The notes under the pieces: model-generated
Told to the model about the DNA's origin: nothing
Database searches by the model: none
What the model saw: only the letters and a program-made list of their open reading frames with translations
Shown here: piece after piece, positions 13,018 through 18,000 of the stretch
Numbering within the stretch: the stretch's first letter is position 1
How the letters are laid out: each line of letters opens with the position of its first letter
Origin: a bacterium
Lineage (GTDB): Bacteria > Hydrothermota > Tepidihabitantia > Tepidihabitantales > Tepidihabitantaceae
DNA: 18,000 nucleotides
Direction: 5' to 3'
NCBI GenBank assembly: GCA_046485285.1
Contig: JAWOHE010000046.1
Coordinates: forward strand, 1 to 18,000
Program-made: the position numbers and the translations under genes

Positions 13018-14787
13018 ATGAAGCCGGAGCAGATTGCCATTGCTCTCTCGCTCGACCGGGGCTTCAGCTGGCGCCATCACGTCCGGGACGGCGCGGAAGC
13101 CTGGGCCAAGGGGTATGCCTTCCACGCCGGCCGCTACTGCGACTCCGCCGGCCTCGCCGCACTGCTCGGCGAGGCCGCCCGGCAGCGGCCCGCGGCGGAC
13201 CTCGCCGGGGTCGTCCGGGAGCTCAACGGCTGTTTCGCGGTCGTCGTGCGCGACGGCGATACGGTCTTCGCCGCCGTTGACCGCCTGCGCAGCATCCCGC
13301 TCTTCTACACCGCCGAATTCGGGGACACAACCGACTTATCCCCAACTCGGATTGTGTTTCCGAATTCCGGTTCGGCGCGTAGCGCCGGAGGCCGGTTCAG
13401 CCTCGCCGACGACGCTTTCCGGTTGCGGGAGCAGGCCGGCGACACCGGCCTTGACCCGGTTTCCGAGGCCGAGTTCCTGAGGTACGGCTACGTCCTCGGC
13501 CGGGAGACGCTGTCGCCGTCGGTCAAGCAGTTACAGCCCGGTGAGTACCTTGTCGCGCATCCCGGAGGAATCGAACCCGGGTTCTACTACCTTCACACCC
13601 ATGGCAACTACCTTGACCTGCCCGAATCACGGCACTTCGACGAGCTGGACGCGATGTTCGAGGGCGTCTTCCGCCGGCTCCTCGACTCGGTCCGAGGCCG
13701 GACCATCGTCGTACCGCTGAGCGGCGGCTACGACTCGAGGTACATCGCCGTGATGCTGAGGAGCCTGGGCTGTGAGAAGGTCATCTGCTACACTTACGGC
13801 CGGGCCGACAGCTACGAGGTGGCGATGTCCCGCAGGGTGGCGGAGAAGCTGGGCTATCCGTGGCACTACGTCGAGTACGACCGGGACGCGTGGCAGGAGT
13901 ACCTCCGGTCCGAGGAGGCGGCCGAGTATGGCGCGTTCGCCGGGAACCTCGCGTCGCTTCCGTGCCTGCAGGAGAGCATAGCCGTCCGGGCGCTCCGGCG
14001 CGGCTCGACGGTCCCGGACGACGCGGTGTTCGTCCCCGGCTACTGCGGCGCGACCGGGTTCCCGGTCCCGGCCGGCGGGCCTGCCCACGCCCAGTCAGGC
14101 GGGCGGCTCACTCCGGAGCTCGTCCGGTACATCTTCGACGAGAACTTCCGGCTCGCCAACCCCATCCCGAAGACCGCCGCCCGGCGCGTCAGCGAGCATC
14201 GGGCCGAGACGCTGCGCGACTACTCCTCAGGCGACGGGATCGATGGTGTCATCAGCGCCAACGAGGCCTGGTTCACCGCCCACCGGCTCACGAGGTTCAT
14301 CGTCAACGCCGTGCGGTTCTACGAGTTCAATGGCTACGAGTGGCGCCTGCCGCTGTGGGACAGCGAGCTGACCGAGCACTGGTACCGCGTGCCGGAGAGC
14401 CTCAGGGCCGACCGGCGGCTCTACGAGGACTACCTCTTTCGCCGCGTGTTCCCGCCGCGCGGCCTGGACTGGCGGAAGCCCGTGAAGCGCCGCGGCCGGC
14501 CCGCCGGTCTCGCCCGGCGCGTCCTGAAAACCATCTTGCCGGCGCGGGCGCTCCGGGCCGTCCGGCGCGGCCGGCCCGCCGACGATGTCAACGCCTTCAC
14601 CGAGGCCTCCCGCCTGTTGCGTGACGACCTCGGCCCGGGGCGCGTCATCCCCGAGGTGACGGACGTGAGCGTCGCCTACGCGGTGTGGTTCATCCAGGCC
14701 CTGAAAGACGCGCAGTCCGCCGGGGAAGTCGCTCCGCGCCGACTCGGCCCGCGCCGGAGCATCCGGCCGCCAGGGGGTGGAGAATGA
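13018..14787 (+). CDS. Asparagine synthetase-related (AsnB-like) amide ligase
   Basis: LNGCFAVV, AAVDRLRSIPLFY, GYVLGRETL..SVKQLQPGEYL, PP-loop VPLSGGYDSR, CYTYG, EWRLPLWD. No N-terminal catalytic Cys. Confidence 0.88.
   Translation: MKPEQIAIALSLDRGFSWRHHVRDGAEAWAKGYAFHAGRYCDSAGLAALLGEAARQRPAADLAGVVRELNGCFAVVVRDGDTVFAAVDRLRSIPLFYTAEFGDTTDLSPTRIVFPNSGSARSAGGRFSLADDAFRLREQAGDTGLDPVSEAEFLRYGYVLGRETLSPSVKQLQPGEYLVAHPGGIEPGFYYLHTHGNYLDLPESRHFDELDAMFEGVFRRLLDSVRGRTIVVPLSGGYDSRYIAVMLRSLGCEKVICYTYGRADSYEVAMSRRVAEKLGYPWHYVEYDRDAWQEYLRSEEAAEYGAFAGNLASLPCLQESIAVRALRRGSTVPDDAVFVPGYCGATGFPVPAGGPAHAQSGGRLTPELVRYIFDENFRLANPIPKTAARRVSEHRAETLRDYSSGDGIDGVISANEAWFTAHRLTRFIVNAVRFYEFNGYEWRLPLWDSELTEHWYRVPESLRADRRLYEDYLFRRVFPPRGLDWRKPVKRRGRPAGLARRVLKTILPARALRAVRRGRPADDVNAFTEASRLLRDDLGPGRVIPEVTDVSVAYAVWFIQALKDAQSAGEVAPRRLGPRRSIRPPGGGE
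13315..13386. mobile_element. 72-bp palindromic in-frame intragenic insertion
   Basis: gaattcggggacacaa-ccga...tcgg-attgtgtttccgaattc long imperfect palindrome (13315-13367) followed by the hairpin cggcgc-gta-gcgccg. CGCCG is repeated at 13311-13315 and 13383-13387; the element is AT-richer than the host gene. Confidence 0.75.
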
Positions 14788-15365
14788 CCGTGCTCAAGAA
14801 AATCGGCAAGTCAGTCCTGCGTCCGCTGGTCCCCCGGTCCTGGCGCCTGCAGGCCCGGCTGATGGGCTGGCGCAAGTGGCTCACCTACTTTCTCTTCCAG
14901 CGCATCCTGCGCGCCAACTCCTCCGTGCCCTGGCCGGTCCACTGGGCCTCCTCGGTATCCTCGCCCAGGTGGGGCCGGCTCGATTTCAAGACCGACCGCC
15001 GCTTTCCCGGCTACATGCCCGGCCAGTACATCCAGGCGATGAATGGGATAGTCCTCGGCAACAACGTGCTGATGGGCCCCGGTGTCAAGCTGATATCCGC
15101 CAGCCACAACCTCTGCGACTACGACGTCCACGACCCCGCTGACCCCATCGTCATCGGCGACAACTGCTGGCTCGCGGCGGATGTGATCGTCCTGCCCGGG
15201 GTCCGGCTCGGCAACCACGTCGTGGTCGCGGCCGGGTCGGTGGTGACGAAGAGCTTCGCCGAGAATGACATCCTGATTGCCGGCGTGCCGGCCCGTGTCA
15301 TCAGGAAGCTGGGGCCTTACGTCGGGAAGTCGCGGCCCGCGCCGGCATCCGGGGAGCCCGAGTAG
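14784..15365 (+). CDS. Hexapeptide-repeat (LbH) sugar O-acetyl/acyltransferase
   Basis: Start ATG 14784 by ATGA overlap; GIVLGNNVLMGPGVKLISASH, PIVIGDNCWLAADVIVLPGVRLGNHVVVAAGSVVTKSF, AGVPARVIR. Confidence 0.92.
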   Translation: MTVLKKIGKSVLRPLVPRSWRLQARLMGWRKWLTYFLFQRILRANSSVPWPVHWASSVSSPRWGRLDFKTDRRFPGYMPGQYIQAMNGIVLGNNVLMGPGVKLISASHNLCDYDVHDPADPIVIGDNCWLAADVIVLPGVRLGNHVVVAAGSVVTKSFAENDILIAGVPARVIRKLGPYVGKSRPAPASGEPE

Positions 15366-15378
15366 CCGGGAGAGCCGC

Positions 15379-16797
15379 TTGAAGATACTGATGGTCTGCA
15401 CGCCCTTCCCGCCCTACAACAACATCGGCGGCGTCCGAACCGGCAAGATGGCCAAGTATCTGCACCGGGCCGGGCACGACCTGCGCGTGATTACCCTGCG
15501 GAACCAGCCCAAGCCTGTCGCCCTGCACCTTGAAATACCGCTCGAGTGCGTCACCTACGCCCCGTGGTTCAGTCTCGACGCCGCTTTCAGGCCGACGGCC
15601 GGGCGCGGACTCGGCGGGCTGGCGCGCGGCCTGACCCGGGGGCTCCGGCCGCTCGAGGACGCCGTCGCCAGCTATGCCGCGAATCCGATTGACCGCCCGG
15701 GGCCGACCACGGGCAGTCCCGGGCCCTCGGCTGGCTCTCACGCCCGGCCGGCCGCGGCGGGCGGGCCGCGAAAGCGGCGCGGGCTGCGGCGTCACCTCGG
15801 CGCGCTCGCCTCGTTCCCCGATCCGCTGGTCGGCTGGTACCCGTTCGCCTGCCGCGCCGCCCTTCGCATCTCGGGCGACTGGCGGCCGGACGTCATCTAC
15901 GCTAGCTCTCCCGGCCCGACGGGCCTGCTGGTCGCGCACGCCGTCGCGGCCCGCCTGGGCGTGCCCTGGGTCGCCGAGTTCCGCGACCTCTGGATGGACC
16001 ATCCCGCCCAGGATTGGCCCGGCTGGCGACAGCGCCTCGGCGAACGGCTCGAACGGACCACGCTGAGCACTGCCGAGGCCCTCGTCGCCGTTTCCGAACC
16101 CGCGGCGGACCTGCTCCGGCGCAAGTTCGGCAGAGACACATTCGTCGTCACCAACGGCTTCGACCCGGCCGACTTCCCGGCCCGGCCGGTGGTGCCGTTC
16201 CGTGACGGCTCGCTCCGAATCGTCCACACCGGCGAGCTCTTTGCCGGCGGGCGGACCCCTGCCCTGCTCTTTGCCGCCCTGTGCGGCCGGGAGGACCTTA
16301 CCCGGAGGATACGGGTCGCGTTCTACGGGTCGCCCGAGACCCTCGCCCTCGCCGGCAGCCTCGCCCGGGCTCACGGGGTGGCGGCCGTGGTCGAGCTCAT
16401 CCCCTCGATTCCGTACCGTGAGTCCCTGCGGGTCCAGTCCGAGGCCGACGTCCTGCTCCTGCCGCTGTGGGATGACCCGAAGGTGCGGGGCTGGCATTCG
16501 GGCAAGTTCTTCGAGTACATCGGCGCCCGCCGTCCCATCCTTGCCACCGGCCCGGCCACGGACGTGGACGCAGAGGTGATCCGGGCGCGGCGGCTGGGCG
16601 TCGTGCTGGACGACCCGGCGCAGGTCGCCCGGCTCCTCGAGGAGTGGGTCCGCGTCAAGGCGCGCGAAGGCTTCCTGCCGTCACCGCCGGCCGAGGCCGC
16701 GGCCGGGTTCACCCGGGAAGAGCTGGCCGGTAAGCTGGAGAGCGTCCTGCTCGCGGTGGCAGGCCCGCCTGCCGGGGCGCGGTCAGGCCGGTCTTGA
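15379..16797 (+). CDS. Glycosyltransferase family 4 (GT-B)
   Basis: Probable TTG start at 15379 after GGGAGAG; KILMVCTPFPPYNNIGGVRTGKMAKYL, PDVIYASSPG, PWVAEFRDLW, VTNGFD, IVHTGEL, ADVLLL, SGKFFEYIGARRPIL, FTREELAGKL. Confidence 0.92.
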   Translation: MKILMVCTPFPPYNNIGGVRTGKMAKYLHRAGHDLRVITLRNQPKPVALHLEIPLECVTYAPWFSLDAAFRPTAGRGLGGLARGLTRGLRPLEDAVASYAANPIDRPGPTTGSPGPSAGSHARPAAAGGPRKRRGLRRHLGALASFPDPLVGWYPFACRAALRISGDWRPDVIYASSPGPTGLLVAHAVAARLGVPWVAEFRDLWMDHPAQDWPGWRQRLGERLERTTLSTAEALVAVSEPAADLLRRKFGRDTFVVTNGFDPADFPARPVVPFRDGSLRIVHTGELFAGGRTPALLFAALCGREDLTRRIRVAFYGSPETLALAGSLARAHGVAAVVELIPSIPYRESLRVQSEADVLLLPLWDDPKVRGWHSGKFFEYIGARRPILATGPATDVDAEVIRARRLGVVLDDPAQVARLLEEWVRVKAREGFLPSPPAEAAAGFTREELAGKLESVLLAVAGPPAGARSGRS

Positions 16798-16821
16798 CCG
16801 CCGGCCTCCGGCGGCGATACT
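16794..16821 (+). promoter_or_regulatory. Possible internal promoter with a palindromic spacer
   Basis: TTGACC (16794-16799), 16 nt, GATACT (16816-16821), 8 nt before ATG 16830; the hairpin ccgccgg-cct-ccggcgg lies at 16798-16814. Confidence 0.45.
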
Positions 16822-16829
16822 CCGTGTCA

Positions 16830-18000
16830 ATGACTGCACCCGCCGCCCGGCCCGGCAGACGCCGGCTGCTGTACCTGACCTATGCCGGCAACCCGGTGGA
16901 CGGGGCCACGTCCGGCATCGAAACCGGCCAGGTGCGGGAACTGCTCAAGGAGCTGGCGTCTGACTTCGAAATCGAGTGGCTGGCCCTCGTCCACGAGTCC
17001 GTGCCCGACCCCGGGGCCTTGGGCGCCTACCGGGAATCGCTGGCCGCGAAGGCCGTCGGCTTCGAGCTCGTCGTCCTCCCGGCCGGCCGGGTCCGCCGCT
17101 ACGTTTCTGCCTGGCGGCTCGTGCGCCGGAAGCTCCGCGCATTCGGCCCGGAGGTAGTCCACGCCCGGCGACTCGTCGCCGCCGCGCTCGCCCTGCTGAA
17201 CAGGCAACGCCGACAGCGGGTCATCTTCGACGCGCGGGGCATCGCCTCTGCCGAGGCGCTCGGCGCGCCCGGCCGGCACATCCACCGCCGCGTCCTCGCG
17301 GCCGCCGGCATGTGGATGCTGGAGGTGGTTGCCGCCGGTTTCAGCGCCGCGACCGTCACGGTATCATTGGAGATGCGACGGCACTTCGCGCGGCTGACAC
17401 GCAGGCCGGTCGTGACGATACCGAACAGCGCGGCCTCCTACTTCCGCTTCGACCCCGCGCTGCGCGCCGCCGTGCGCAGGGAGCTGGGCTACGGCAACGG
17501 CCAGGCTGTCCTGGCCTACGCCGGCGGGCTGGCGAGCTGGTGGCAGTCGCCTGAGGGAATCGCCCGTTCCTTCCGCGCCTTCCGTTCCACGGTCCCGGAT
17601 GCCCGCCTGCTGGTGCTGACCCCGCATTCTCCCACGCTCGTGCACCGCCACCAGTCTGACGATGAACGTCAGGCAACAGCCTTCCGCCACGTCCCTCACG
17701 AACAGGTACCCGGCTGTTTCTGCGCGTCGGACGTTGGGCTGCTGGTTCTGAACACCGCGTCGAAGGCCAACTGCCAGGCATCGGCGGTCAAGTTCGCCGA
17801 GTACCTTGCCTGCGGCCTGCCGGTCTTCACGCTGAGCGCCGTCACCCAGGCCGCGGGGGTCATCCGGCAGAGCGGCGCAGGTGCAATCGGCGAGCAGCCG
17901 GAGGACATCGCCGGGTGCGCGCAACGACTGCTGAGCCCGGACACCCGGGCCGCCGCGCTCAAGACCGGCGATGGACTCGGTATCGCCCGCGCAGCCGCCC
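16830..18000 (+). CDS. Glycosyltransferase family 4 (GT-B), 3' end outside window
   Basis: Not in the ORF track. Manual translation from ATG 16830: MTAPAARPGRRRLLYLTYAG...PEVVHARR...VIFDARG...TVSLEMRRHF...IPNSA...VRRELGY...LAYAGGLASWWQ...VPHEQVPGCFCASDVGLL...SAVKFAEYLACGLPV; open to 18000. Confidence 0.9.
   Translation, partial: MTAPAARPGRRRLLYLTYAGNPVDGATSGIETGQVRELLKELASDFEIEWLALVHESVPDPGALGAYRESLAAKAVGFELVVLPAGRVRRYVSAWRLVRRKLRAFGPEVVHARRLVAAALALLNRQRRQRVIFDARGIASAEALGAPGRHIHRRVLAAAGMWMLEVVAAGFSAATVTVSLEMRRHFARLTRRPVVTIPNSAASYFRFDPALRAAVRRELGYGNGQAVLAYAGGLASWWQSPEGIARSFRAFRSTVPDARLLVLTPHSPTLVHRHQSDDERQATAFRHVPHEQVPGCFCASDVGLLVLNTASKANCQASAVKFAEYLACGLPVFTLSAVTQAAGVIRQSGAGAIGEQPEDIAGCAQRLLSPDTRAAALKTGDGLGIARAAA

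Noticed and set aside
15590-15800. Pro/Gly/Arg-rich stretch in the GT4 as a third inserted element
   Set aside because: No long palindrome, no shared CGGCGCGYAGCGCC end, and this region is normally variable in this GT4 subfamily.

Overview
High-GC bacterial DNA. The left end carries two tandem minus-strand paralogues encoding secreted YjbH-like (probable outer-membrane beta-barrel) proteins, separated by a repeat-rich 735-bp spacer. A back-to-back promoter pair at ~2480-2560 then opens a plus-strand ABC-transporter-dependent surface-polysaccharide locus that runs off the right end. Its order is galE, TupA-like ATP-grasp ligase, wzm, wzt, a 908-aa fusion of a 2x[4Fe-4S]/FrhB-like oxidoreductase with a polysaccharide pyruvyltransferase, GT4, a deleted GT4 remnant, GT2, a frameshifted GT2, an asparagine-synthetase-like ligase lacking Cys1, an LbH acetyltransferase and two further GT4s. 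Three observations stand out. (i) Two ~70-bp hairpin-rich elements with a shared right end sit inside coding sequences at GCC^GG sites: one (70 bp) frameshifts the GT2, the other (72 bp) adds 24 residues in frame to the AsnB-like protein. (ii) The FrhB-pyruvyltransferase fusion is a candidate single-polypeptide lactyl-ether or glycan-capping enzyme. (iii) That fusion lies in a lower-GC block that begins inside wzt, just before its C-terminal glycan-binding domain. All family calls come from motif recognition by eye; no database search was run.
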